In this document: piece by piece, positions 20,244-30,027 of the stretch
Numbering within the stretch: the first letter of the stretch is position 1
Layout: each line of letters opens with the position of its first letter
Virus record (IMG/VR): IMGVR_UViG_3300025030_000050
Span: 1 to 64,000 of that record
Direction: 5' to 3' (one strand)
Origin: a virus
Length of the DNA stretch: 64,000 bases
Program-made: the position numbers and the translations under genes
Notes under the pieces: generated by a model
The model's database searches: none
Told to the model about the DNA's origin: nothing
Seen by the model: only the letters and a program-made list of their open reading frames with translations

Positions 20244-21131
20244 ATGGAACTAGATTTTTTTGATGAAGAAAATGAATTATCTAAAGAAGCTGAAAAAAAT
20301 AAGAAAAGCAATTTAGAAAAAGCATTATCTGAGTTTAATATAAATACTGTTAGCACTGAAGAAGATCCCAATCCTCTTGAAAATATTGATGAAATCCAAG
20401 ATAAAGAAGTTTATTTATCTAGAGATGGATTTGTGGAAACTCCTATCCTAAGAGGATGGTTTGAAATATTGCCATTGATTAATATTATAAAAGACAATAA
20501 ATTAGATTCTTTTATAATGGGTGGGTATGTAAGATATATGGCATCAAGGGTTAGGAATCCTATTCCTGCTGGAGATGTTGATATATATTCAAAGACAGAA
20601 GAATCTTATGAAAAATTTGTAAAAATCCTTAAAGAAAATTATAATCTTACAGTCAAACATCAAAACAATGTGTCAATGACCTTTCATAATGTTGAAGACC
20701 CATTGAATAAATTGTTCTCTTGTCCAACAATCCAATTAATAAAGCCAGTTGAAAAAGGTGCGATTGTAGCAACCGGGTCAATGGAGAAAATATTAGAAAA
20801 TTTTGATTTCACTATTATTCGTTGTGGCGTAATATCTTATGACCCTCCTACGGCTTTGGTTGATGCAGATTTTGAGCATGATGAAGAAAAACGATGTTTG
20901 AGAATTAAGAACATTCATTGTCCTATTAGTTCGACATTAAGAATTGTTAAATATGCGAAAAAGGGTTATTGGATTCCTCCTATGCATGTCATTCCACTTT
21001 TTCTTGATTGGGAAAGAAGAGATCTTGATTATAGGAGTAAATTGATTGACTTTTTAGGTAAAGCTAATCAAGGTCAGGGTTTGACTCAAAAACAAGTAGA
21101 CGAACTTGAAGATTTATTGATGGTTGATTAA
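20244..21131 (+). CDS. tRNA nucleotidyltransferase / poly(A) polymerase head-domain protein
   Basis: FIMGGYVR, GDVDIY, NFDFTI motifs; acidic N-terminal extension. Confidence 0.8.
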   Translation: MELDFFDEENELSKEAEKNKKSNLEKALSEFNINTVSTEEDPNPLENIDEIQDKEVYLSRDGFVETPILRGWFEILPLINIIKDNKLDSFIMGGYVRYMASRVRNPIPAGDVDIYSKTEESYEKFVKILKENYNLTVKHQNNVSMTFHNVEDPLNKLFSCPTIQLIKPVEKGAIVATGSMEKILENFDFTIIRCGVISYDPPTALVDADFEHDEEKRCLRIKNIHCPISSTLRIVKYAKKGYWIPPMHVIPLFLDWERRDLDYRSKLIDFLGKANQGQGLTQKQVDELEDLLMVD

Positions 21132-21434
21132 ACATACAGATAAATTTGTAATGATTAGGAAATAGGGCTGAAAATGAGAAGACAAGCATCTCCATTTGGC
21201 TGGTGTTTTTTAAGTGCAGATTTTTCTTCACAAGCTATGGGTAAAAATTGTTACGGAACCGTTATATTTATTCGTGATGACGATCAACGCTTGTTATGGC
21301 ATGACTTATCTGAAGAAGATAAAGAAAAAATACCATTATATGTTGAAGGCAATGGCGTAACAATTGCTGAAGCTATTGAAGAGGCAGAAGCAAGAATTGA
21401 AGAAATAGGAATTATCGAATGCAAAATCTAAATC

Positions 21435-21677
21435 ATGTTTAATATCGAAAATATAAATCAAATCTTTATTTTATTCTTTTCATCATTGTCTATTTTTTAT
21501 TTATCTGGTAAGAAAAATATCAAATGCGGTTTTATTCTAGGGTTGTGCGGGCAACCGTTTTGGCTTTATACAACATTTGTATCTGAGCAGTGGGGAATAT
21601 TTCTAGTTTCTTTTTGGTTTGTATTTAATTATATTCGGGGGTTAATTAATTGTGAAACAAATATTGAGAAAAATTAA
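21435..21677 (+). CDS. small membrane protein (PnuC-like)
   Basis: three hydrophobic segments, GF.LGLCGQPFW..T....QWGIF. Confidence 0.55.
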   Translation: MFNIENINQIFILFFSSLSIFYLSGKKNIKCGFILGLCGQPFWLYTTFVSEQWGIFLVSFWFVFNYIRGLINCETNIEKN

Positions 21678-22122
21678 GAACATCTTTCTATGGTTTAAAA
21701 TAATTTGGAATGATTGCCAATACGATTATCAATATCTGTTTAAAATTCTTGAATTTAAACTAAGCCTAATGGAAGAATTTTATTCGTCTGATAAAGTTTA
21801 TGGCGTTAATGCCTGGAAAATAGCAGACCAAATCTACAAAATAAGACTCGCCATGAAAAGGATAATGGCTGATAATTATTTTGAAAATGTATTTTTATAT
21901 CATGACCGAAAATGGGGAGGAATTGAAATCGAAGAAAAGGCATTATCAAATGGTTGTTATGGTATAAATATAAAAAGAAAAAATGTTAGGACAGATAAAG
22001 ATGCTGAAATAGAGAGAAAAGAATTCAAGGTTTTAAGTAAAAGGGAAGAAGAATTAAGGAAGCAAGATCTTGAGTACGTGTTTAATAATTTAAGAAAATA
22101 CGCCAATACTTGGTGGGATTAA
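21652..22122 (+). CDS. conserved phage hypothetical protein
   Basis: W..IIWND..YDY.YL..IL.FKL and terminal WWD pattern. Confidence 0.6.
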   Translation: MKQILRKIKNIFLWFKIIWNDCQYDYQYLFKILEFKLSLMEEFYSSDKVYGVNAWKIADQIYKIRLAMKRIMADNYFENVFLYHDRKWGGIEIEEKALSNGCYGINIKRKNVRTDKDAEIERKEFKVLSKREEELRKQDLEYVFNNLRKYANTWWD

Positions 22123-23092
22123 AGGAGGATAAAATGGGAGATTGTCAGTGTAAGGGTAAGTGTAAAAATAATTCTGCTTCTACTGAAGCTTTAGAATTTA
22201 TCGACACAATGCAAAATCAACTTGATGGAGCTGCTAAGATTATAGGCAACTTGTTGCAAGAGAATAGAGATTTGAAAAACCAACTTGCCTATTATCAAAG
22301 TTTGAGATACGGGATTGGTGACGAGCCAATACCACCTGGAAAAGAACGAGAACGCATTGAACCAAATTGGAGAAATAGAAGTACATTAGAACAGTTAGGT
22401 TAGTATATATTACGGATGGGTTAAAATCTTACAATAGCTGAATTTATATAAATTTTGGTGTTTGATATGGAAATTATAATAGATGATTATGAATCGTCAT
22501 ATTCTAAATGTTATGAAATAAAAGATTATGTAAAGAAAATGCTTTCCGGAGAAGATTATGAAAGAGGAAGGCTTGAAGAATGTGAAGCTTCTATTAACAA
22601 TATGATTTCTGCTTTTAGCAGATTGTTAGAATTTTTAGTAAAAAACAATAAAATTAGTCCCAAAGATTTAGTCTGTATTGTAGAAGGAAGCAATTATTAT
22701 AAAGATGTAAAGGTTGGTTGATTAATATATATGGTGGTTAAATATGGCAGAATGGAATAGCAAGCTTGATTTGACAGATATATGGGATAATTATGTCGGT
22801 ACTGGCAAAATGAGTGTTCAAGAACTGGCCTTGGAGATTTCAAAGAGACTGGCAAAGCTAGACATTAATACCAGTCATATCGGCATTATTAGTAAAAGAG
22901 ATGAGATCTGTATTGATTTTGAATATTTCAGTGAAGACGATAACGCGAGTGTAAATGAATTTGATTATATTATGGAAGATTTATATGACTGGGGAGACTG
23001 GAGGCTAGATAATAAATTATTTGGAGGTAAGAAAGTTTGTTGGATAGCAACTAAATTTTAAAGGAAATACTAAGGGTTGAGATCAGATTCTA

Positions 23093-26000
23093 ATGTTAAC
23101 AAAAAAAATAAATAACTTTTGTCATCTTCATACCCATAATATGTTTAGCTTGCTCGATGGAATGGGGAGTTCTGATCAGTGGGCAGAACAAGCAAAAAAT
23201 TTAGGCTTTAAATATCTGGCAATTACAAATCACTCAAATATTGATGGATTGATTAAACATCAACTGTCTTGTGAAAAATATAAAATAAGCTCAATCCTAG
23301 GTGTAGAATTTTATATTGTTCCAAATCCAGAAATAAAAGAAAAAGGAGATAAGAGAGGACATTTAACGGTTTGGATTAAGGACGAAATAGGCTTCCAGAA
23401 CGTGTGTAAAATGCTTAGTAGGGCTAATTTATATTTTTTCTATCATAGACCTAGAATAGGCTACGATATGTTTTTAGAACACTGTCAAGGCTTGTGTGTT
23501 GGGACTGCTTGTTCTGCTTCGTTTTTGCATTTAGAAAATGGAATAGATTTTTTAAAAGATATTCATCAAAAGATTGGGTCGGATCTATATCTTGAAGTAA
23601 TGCCTCACAATTATGAAGATCAATTTAAAACAAACAAACTCTGTCTTAGTCTGAACAAAGAACTAGATATTAAATTAATTGCGACACAAGATGCCCATTA
23701 TATTTTAAAAGAAGATTGGGAATCTCATGATGTATTGCTTGCCTGCCAAACTAAAAAGAAAATGAGTGACCCAGATAGGTGGCAGTTTAATGGCAAAGAT
23801 TTTTATCTTTGTGAACCAAAATATTATAAACAAAAATTTATTTCTCAAAATATACTTAGTCAAGAAGAAATAAATCAGGCAATGCAAAATACGATTGAAG
23901 TTGCTGAGAAATGTAAAGATTTTAAAATTAAAAAGAAAAAAATTATTTTGCCTATTCCTCCTCAATTTGAAGGGAAAGATGAAGAAGAAATAATTAGACA
24001 ATTATGCGATATCGGATTTAAAGATAAGTTTGAAACAGTTACTGATGAATATAAGAATAGATTTGAATACGAACTGTCTGTAATTAAAGATTTTGAAGTT
24101 ATAAAATATTTTCTTATTGTTTATGATTTAGTAAATTGGTGTAAGAAAAATAATATTTTGACTGGACCAGGGAGAGGAAGTAGCGCGGGTTGCTTGATTA
24201 GTTATTTGCTTGGTATTACAAAGGTAGATCCTATAAAATATGGTCTTTTATTTGAACGGTTTCTGAACCCAGGCAGAAAAGGCGCGATGCCTGACGTGGA
24301 TCTGGACTTCGAAGACATTAAACGAAATCAAGTAGTCACGTATTTAAAAGATATTTATGGACAAAATAATATAGCAGGCATTTCTACGTTTTTAAAAATA
24401 GAAGATAAAGGTGCTGTTAAAGAAGTTTCAAGGGCATTTGATGTCCCATTAGTTGATGCTGAAAAATTTACTAAAGTAATTGTTGATACAGTTGAGAATG
24501 GGTTATTGACTGAAGAAGGCCGGGGTTTTAATCAAAAATACCCACAAGTAGTTAAACATGTTTTAAAATTAAAAGGAACATATAAATCATATGGGAGACA
24601 TGCTTCAGCTTCATTAGTTAGCCCTGTAGATTTGATGTTGGGGACACGTACTGCTCTTTCAGAAAGAAATGACCAATTAGTAGCTTCCTTTGATGGTAAT
24701 GACTGTGAATATCAAGGGTTGGTTAAACTTGATATCTTGGGTTTGAGCACATTAAGTGTTATTTCAATGTGTTTGGAATTGATTAAACAAAATCATGATA
24801 AAAATATAAATCTGGAGAAATTAAATTTAGAAGATAAAGTAATTTATAAAGAACTTTCTAAAGGACATACTGTAGGATGTTTCCAAGTATCAGCTTGGGC
24901 GTTATCGAATCTTATTAAAGAGATGGGTGTTTCTAATATAAAACAAATTTCTGATGCGGTTGCTGCTGTACGCCCTGGAGCTTTTAATTCAGGTGCAACA
25001 GCAAGGTATATTGAAAGAAAACGTGGTAAAAAATGGGATAAAAAACACCCAATATATGAAGAAATTACGAAAGAAACTTTTGGTGTTGTTTTATTCCAAG
25101 AACAAGTAATTCAGATTATTAATAAAATTGCTGGGTTATCTTTAACTGTTGGTGATAAAATTCGTAAAATAATCGCCAAGAAGCGTGATATAAAAGAATT
25201 CGAACAGTACAAAGATATTTTTGTAAAAGGGTGTTTAGAACAAAAGACATTTGATGAAAGAGAAGCTTTGGAATTTTGGCATGAGCTTGAATACCATTCG
25301 GATTATTCTTTTAATTTATCACATTCTCTATCATATTCAATAGTTACGTACTGGACTGCTTGGTTAAGACAATATTATCCAAGCGAATTTATTTGTGCAG
25401 CTCTTACTTTTGGAGGAGAAAGTGAAAAATATCACTTAATTCAAGAAACACAACGTCTTAATTTAGTTATTGTTCCACCTAAAATAAATACGTCAGATGT
25501 GCAGAATTGGGTAGTTAAGGGAAAAAGGTTGTATGTACCTTTCAAAGAGTGTAAGGGAATCGGGCCTAAAGCATTAGAAACAATAGAAAAATATAAAAAT
25601 TCAGGTAAAGCCGGTTTTTTCACAGATGATAAACCCGTCATAAAAGGAAAGTTAAAAACAATCCTTGACGATATAGGCGCATTTGATGAGTCATTGCCGG
25701 ACTCAATTGATGATTATTTTGATATAGGTGTTTCATTAAATCCCGAATTTAAATATAAGAAATTATTTAAATTATTTAAAGACGCAAAAAATTATAAAAT
25801 AAACGATTTGTTGAGTGGAGACGTTATTAATGAATATTTTGGTAGGGAAATTCAGAGTAAAATATCGCCAACCAAGGGGTTGATCAGTTGTAGTGAATGC
25901 GGCTTAAGATCTAAATGTGAAAAACCTGAAACAACTAAGCTTGGAAATTATAATATTTTAATTGTTAACGAATATCCGAACTGGAAAGACGTTGAAAATA

Positions 26001-26389
26001 ACAATTATTTATTTAAAGAACTTAATAAGTACGGATTCCAAAGCGATGATTTTTTTGTCACAAACCTTGTCAAATGTAGTGGCAGCAAGCCCGGTCATAA
26101 AGAAGGTCAGATTTGTGGTAATAAATGGCTGAGACAAGAAATTGAAAATATTAAACCATTTATTGTCTTGACATTAGGTGCAAAAAATGTTAAGTTCTTT
26201 ACAGGTGATGAACAAGGGGTGGTTAGAAGGTCAGGAACCTGTGAGTGGAATGAAGAATATGGTTGTTTCATGTTTTATTCTATTTCACCAAGCCTGGCCC
26301 TGTGGCAACCAGAAAATTTCAAAAAGTTGTTTAAGGAAAGTATTAAAAAGTTTGCTGATAAAGTCATAGATTTGGGAGGGTTCAAATGA
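23093..26389 (+). CDS. dnaE: DNA polymerase III alpha (family C) fused to a C-terminal family-4 UDG-like domain
   Basis: PHP HLHTH..SLLDG, GPGRGSSAG, FERFLNP.R..MPDVDLD, KLDILGL, FQEQ, YSFNLSH; C-terminal CSEC...TNLVKC...C..WLRQEI..IKP..VLTLG. Confidence 0.92.
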   Translation: MLTKKINNFCHLHTHNMFSLLDGMGSSDQWAEQAKNLGFKYLAITNHSNIDGLIKHQLSCEKYKISSILGVEFYIVPNPEIKEKGDKRGHLTVWIKDEIGFQNVCKMLSRANLYFFYHRPRIGYDMFLEHCQGLCVGTACSASFLHLENGIDFLKDIHQKIGSDLYLEVMPHNYEDQFKTNKLCLSLNKELDIKLIATQDAHYILKEDWESHDVLLACQTKKKMSDPDRWQFNGKDFYLCEPKYYKQKFISQNILSQEEINQAMQNTIEVAEKCKDFKIKKKKIILPIPPQFEGKDEEEIIRQLCDIGFKDKFETVTDEYKNRFEYELSVIKDFEVIKYFLIVYDLVNWCKKNNILTGPGRGSSAGCLISYLLGITKVDPIKYGLLFERFLNPGRKGAMPDVDLDFEDIKRNQVVTYLKDIYGQNNIAGISTFLKIEDKGAVKEVSRAFDVPLVDAEKFTKVIVDTVENGLLTEEGRGFNQKYPQVVKHVLKLKGTYKSYGRHASASLVSPVDLMLGTRTALSERNDQLVASFDGNDCEYQGLVKLDILGLSTLSVISMCLELIKQNHDKNINLEKLNLEDKVIYKELSKGHTVGCFQVSAWALSNLIKEMGVSNIKQISDAVAAVRPGAFNSGATARYIERKRGKKWDKKHPIYEEITKETFGVVLFQEQVIQIINKIAGLSLTVGDKIRKIIAKKRDIKEFEQYKDIFVKGCLEQKTFDEREALEFWHELEYHSDYSFNLSHSLSYSIVTYWTAWLRQYYPSEFICAALTFGGESEKYHLIQETQRLNLVIVPPKINTSDVQNWVVKGKRLYVPFKECKGIGPKALETIEKYKNSGKAGFFTDDKPVIKGKLKTILDDIGAFDESLPDSIDDYFDIGVSLNPEFKYKKLFKLFKDAKNYKINDLLSGDVINEYFGREIQSKISPTKGLISCSECGLRSKCEKPETTKLGNYNILIVNEYPNWKDVENNNYLFKELNKYGFQSDDFFVTNLVKCSGSKPGHKEGQICGNKWLRQEIENIKPFIVLTLGAKNVKFFTGDEQGVVRRSGTCEWNEEYGCFMFYSISPSLALWQPENFKKLFKESIKKFADKVIDLGGFK

Positions 26390-26709
26390 TTGGAACTGAA
26401 ATTTTTGATATTAATAAAATGCCGGAAAGACGGTTACACGCTAAGGCGGAGATAGTCCTTCAAGACCATCAACCAGTTGGTGCGGCCATAATGGAGATAA
26501 AAAGAAATATGGCGTTTAATTTGGTCCAAAAAATTTTAGAAGACAAGTCATTCTTTTGGAGTAACAGTAGGAAAATAGAAGGATATCCAGTGCTCGAATA
26601 TGGTGTTGATTGTATTGTTATGACAGAAGATGAATTTTTAAAAGTAAAACGCGATTCTTTTGAAAAAGGCATTAAACACGCATTAGGTTTTATGCCTATT
26701 GACAGATAG
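26386..26709 (+). CDS. hypothetical protein
   Basis: ATGA overlap with the dnaE stop, GGAGG RBS. Confidence 0.6.
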   Translation: MIGTEIFDINKMPERRLHAKAEIVLQDHQPVGAAIMEIKRNMAFNLVQKILEDKSFFWSNSRKIEGYPVLEYGVDCIVMTEDEFLKVKRDSFEKGIKHALGFMPIDR

Positions 26710-26983
26710 GATAGTATATGACATTTGATTTAGATTATTATGATAAAATTAAGAAAGAAAAATTGGGTCCTTGTCCAATTTGTTTTGATTATATTAAGCC
26801 TTGTAGATGTAAATTGAATGAAGAAATCAATAGATTAAATTGCAATAATATTGCCTGTCATCAAGGCCGTGATATTTTAGACAGCATTTATGAGGCTATG
26901 CGTCAATTACCATGTAATGGGGTGCAGGCTATATTGTGTGGAGCGGCACAAGAAATTCAGGCATTGCGAGCAGATGAACAAAA

Positions 26984-27058
26984 CGAGAGATAGTTTAGGT
27001 GGACAGAACAGCCCTGGACGCAGGAGCGGCACTCGTTCGAGTCGGGTTCTCTCGATCA
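26984..27058 (+). ncRNA. tRNA-like RNA lacking an anticodon loop
   Basis: CGAGAGA/TCTCTCG acceptor, GTTT/GAAC D stem, ACTCG-TTCGAGT-CGGGT T arm; anticodon arm capped by a GACG tetraloop. Confidence 0.7.
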
Positions 27059-28227
27059 TTTTTTATAAATTAAGAAAAATAGATCAAAAATTGGCGAACT
27101 AGATCTATTTTTAGGCAATTGTTATAATGAAATTATGCACAAGTCTCAATATGTGAAAAAGAAAAGACAAAGGATATTATTAGATAAAAAAAGAAAGCAA
27201 GTTAGGGTACAACGAAAAAAATATTTAAAGTAGGTAATATGAAAATTAAAGAAACCATCGAAAGAGAATGCTGTACACACAAAGATTTAAAAGAATATAA
27301 AGGGATTAAAAATAAAAATTTAATTGGCAGATCGTTGTTCTTTTGTATTTATTGCGGTCAGGCTTGGTTGGAAGTTAGAAAAATGGGTCCAGCAGGCAAT
27401 ATGGAAGATAATTTAGAGAAGATATGTCTAAATGATGACAAAATTTCTGAGAAAGGTGCAATTGGGGGTTGGAGATAGTATGGAAATATTAAATGAAAGA
27501 AAAAGCCCGTTTCAATGGTATTTATTTCTTCCAACAAATGGAAAAGATATCATTCTAAGATGCCCAAAATGTAAAAGAACGTTATTAGAGAAAAAGTGGC
27601 CTAAAGACCCAAAATCGGCAAAGTTTTGTGAAACCTTGTGTCCTAAATGTGATGATGGCGATTTTCACACAGAAGTGTTTTATGACGAACAAAATAATGT
27701 AATTGAGGTAGGAGATGATTAAAGACAAGAACTGGCAAGATGAATACCAACAAATGATTAAAGATTGTGAAAATAGAGAATCAAAGTTGAGTGAATGGGA
27801 AGAAAATTTTATTGACTCTCTTTATGATTGGATTGCAGACGATAAGATTCCAACATCTAAACAGGTTGAAAAACTAGAAAACATTTGGGAAAGAGTGACT
27901 CGAAATGGATAAATTTTATCACAAATTTAAAGAGTTATTTAAAACTAAATTAGAAAGTTTCTGGTCTGTTGAAAATCCGCAAGACCAGATTTGGGTTATT
28001 AAATATAAAGGGAATATTGTTCAGCTACCATCTAAGAAATCGGCATGGAAGAAAATTGGTCACGCCAAGTCTGCGTTGCGTAACTGTTTTACCCCATTTT
28101 CTTTAAACGAAATTAATTTTAATTATAAATTCGATAACCCTATTGATGCAAGGAATCAAAGAGAAAAAGCTTATCAAGAATTATTAAATAGCGGTGACAT
28201 TGAATTTGTTAACGTCTTGGAGAAGAA

Positions 28228-29517
28228 ATGGCAGTATACGAAATTATAAAACAGTTAGAAAACACGCCTTCAACTAACGACAAGCTAAAAATAATTGGAG
28301 AAAATAAAGATAATAATGACCTAAAAGACTTTTTCTATTATTGTCTTGCTCCAGAAATAGTTTATTATATTAAGAAAATTCCAGATTATGAACCAAATAA
28401 CCAAGTTTGCCTTTCTCTTTCAGAATGTATGAGCTCGCTAAAAACATTAGCTAATAGAGAGCATACGGGAAATGACGCAATTATTTTTTTGAAAGATATT
28501 TTGCAAAACACACATTATGAAAACGCCGATCTTATAGAAAGGATTATTAAGAAAGATCCAAATTGCAAAGTCGCTGTTTCTTCAGTCAATAAAATATGGC
28601 CGGGGCTAATTAAAGAATACCCCGTAGCTTTATGTGAAAGAAATACAGAGAAAAATAGGAAAAATATAGTCTTCCCAGCTTATAGCCAGTGCAAGGAAGA
28701 CGGAATGAGAGTCAATATTCACGTCAGGCCAGATAAAGTCGAATACAGGACAAGAAATGGCAAAGCCTTAGAATTTAATGATGAAGTAGATTTAATTTTC
28801 AAATCGCTTGGTTCTGGATTTGTATATGACGGTGAAGCCCTGGTAGTCGATAAAAATGATAATATCTTGCCTCGTAAAATTGGAAATGGTATTTTAAATA
28901 AAGCGGTAAAAAATACTATTTCTGAAAAAGAAAAAAATCAAGTAGTTTTCCATCTTTGGGATATGATAGATGTAAATAGCTTTTGGGACGGGAAATGTTA
29001 TAGAGAATATTCAACTAGGCTGAAGGAATTACAAAAGAGAGTAAATGGGGTAGGTAATAAAAGAGTCCAATGCATTGATAATTATGAAATTAACAGTTGG
29101 GAAGAAGCCAAAATTTTATTTCAGCAGCATCTTAATGATGGCAAAGAAGGGATTATTGTTAAAAACAAACTTTCTATTTGGGAAAATAAAAGACTTAAAG
29201 CCCATATTAAATTAAAGGCAGAAAATGACGCCGATCTTTTATGCGTAGGGGTGGAACCACATAGCAAAAATAAAGATATGATAGGTTCTCTTATTTTAGA
29301 AACAAGTTGTGGAAAGTTAAGAACAAGTTGTGGCAGTGGTTTAAAAGATAAAGATAGATTGTGTGAGGCTAAAACTTACCTTGACAAAATCATAGAAATC
29401 AAGTATAATGAGATCATTACTAAAGAAGGTGAGGACATTAAAAGTTTGTTTCTGCCTATATTTAAAAGAGTTAGATTAGATAAAGACAAAGCCAATAGCT
29501 TAGAGGAATTGAAATAG
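28228..29517 (+). CDS. ATP-dependent DNA ligase (T4 gp30-like)
   Basis: KEDGMR, YDGEA, EGIIVK, IKLK, SLFLPIF motifs. Confidence 0.92.
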   Translation: MAVYEIIKQLENTPSTNDKLKIIGENKDNNDLKDFFYYCLAPEIVYYIKKIPDYEPNNQVCLSLSECMSSLKTLANREHTGNDAIIFLKDILQNTHYENADLIERIIKKDPNCKVAVSSVNKIWPGLIKEYPVALCERNTEKNRKNIVFPAYSQCKEDGMRVNIHVRPDKVEYRTRNGKALEFNDEVDLIFKSLGSGFVYDGEALVVDKNDNILPRKIGNGILNKAVKNTISEKEKNQVVFHLWDMIDVNSFWDGKCYREYSTRLKELQKRVNGVGNKRVQCIDNYEINSWEEAKILFQQHLNDGKEGIIVKNKLSIWENKRLKAHIKLKAENDADLLCVGVEPHSKNKDMIGSLILETSCGKLRTSCGSGLKDKDRLCEAKTYLDKIIEIKYNEIITKEGEDIKSLFLPIFKRVRLDKDKANSLEELK

Positions 29518-30026
29518 TGTATTTTTTCACAGCAGATGAGCATTATGGTCATTTTAATGCTATCAGACATTCCAACCGCCCATTTGATACTGTTGAAGAG
29601 ATGGGTGATAAGATAATCGCCAATCACAATGAAGTTGTAAAAGATAATGATTTTGTCATTCATTTAGGTGATTTTACTTTAAAAGATAAGTTTAGCGCGA
29701 TGTCGTATATCAATAGATTAAATGGATCTAATATATTTTTACGGGGTAGTCATGATAAGTGGATGGACAAAACATATCATGAAATTTGGGAAAAGACAAT
29801 CAATGGACAAAAGATTGTAGCCTGCCATTATGCAATGCGAGTATGGGCGGCTTCACATTACAATTCATGGCACATTTATGGACATTCGCATGGTCGATTA
29901 AAATCAGAAGGTAAGTCTTATGATGTAGGAGTAGACAATAACAATTTTTATCCCGTTAGCTTTGATCAATTAAAAGAAATAATGGCTGGCAAGCCCGATA
30001 ATATTAATTTATTAAAAAGGAATTGA
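29517..30026 (+). CDS. calcineurin-like phosphoesterase
   Basis: ADEHYGH, HLGDF, GSHD, CHY, GHSHG, DVGVD. Confidence 0.88.
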   Translation: MYFFTADEHYGHFNAIRHSNRPFDTVEEMGDKIIANHNEVVKDNDFVIHLGDFTLKDKFSAMSYINRLNGSNIFLRGSHDKWMDKTYHEIWEKTINGQKIVACHYAMRVWAASHYNSWHIYGHSHGRLKSEGKSYDVGVDNNNFYPVSFDQLKEIMAGKPDNINLLKRN

Positions 30027-30027
30027 A

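Noticed and set aside
27135-27233. Ribosomal protein bS21-like basic peptide
   Set aside because: Only 32 aa, no clear RBS and no bS21 N-terminal motif; may be an A-rich artefact.
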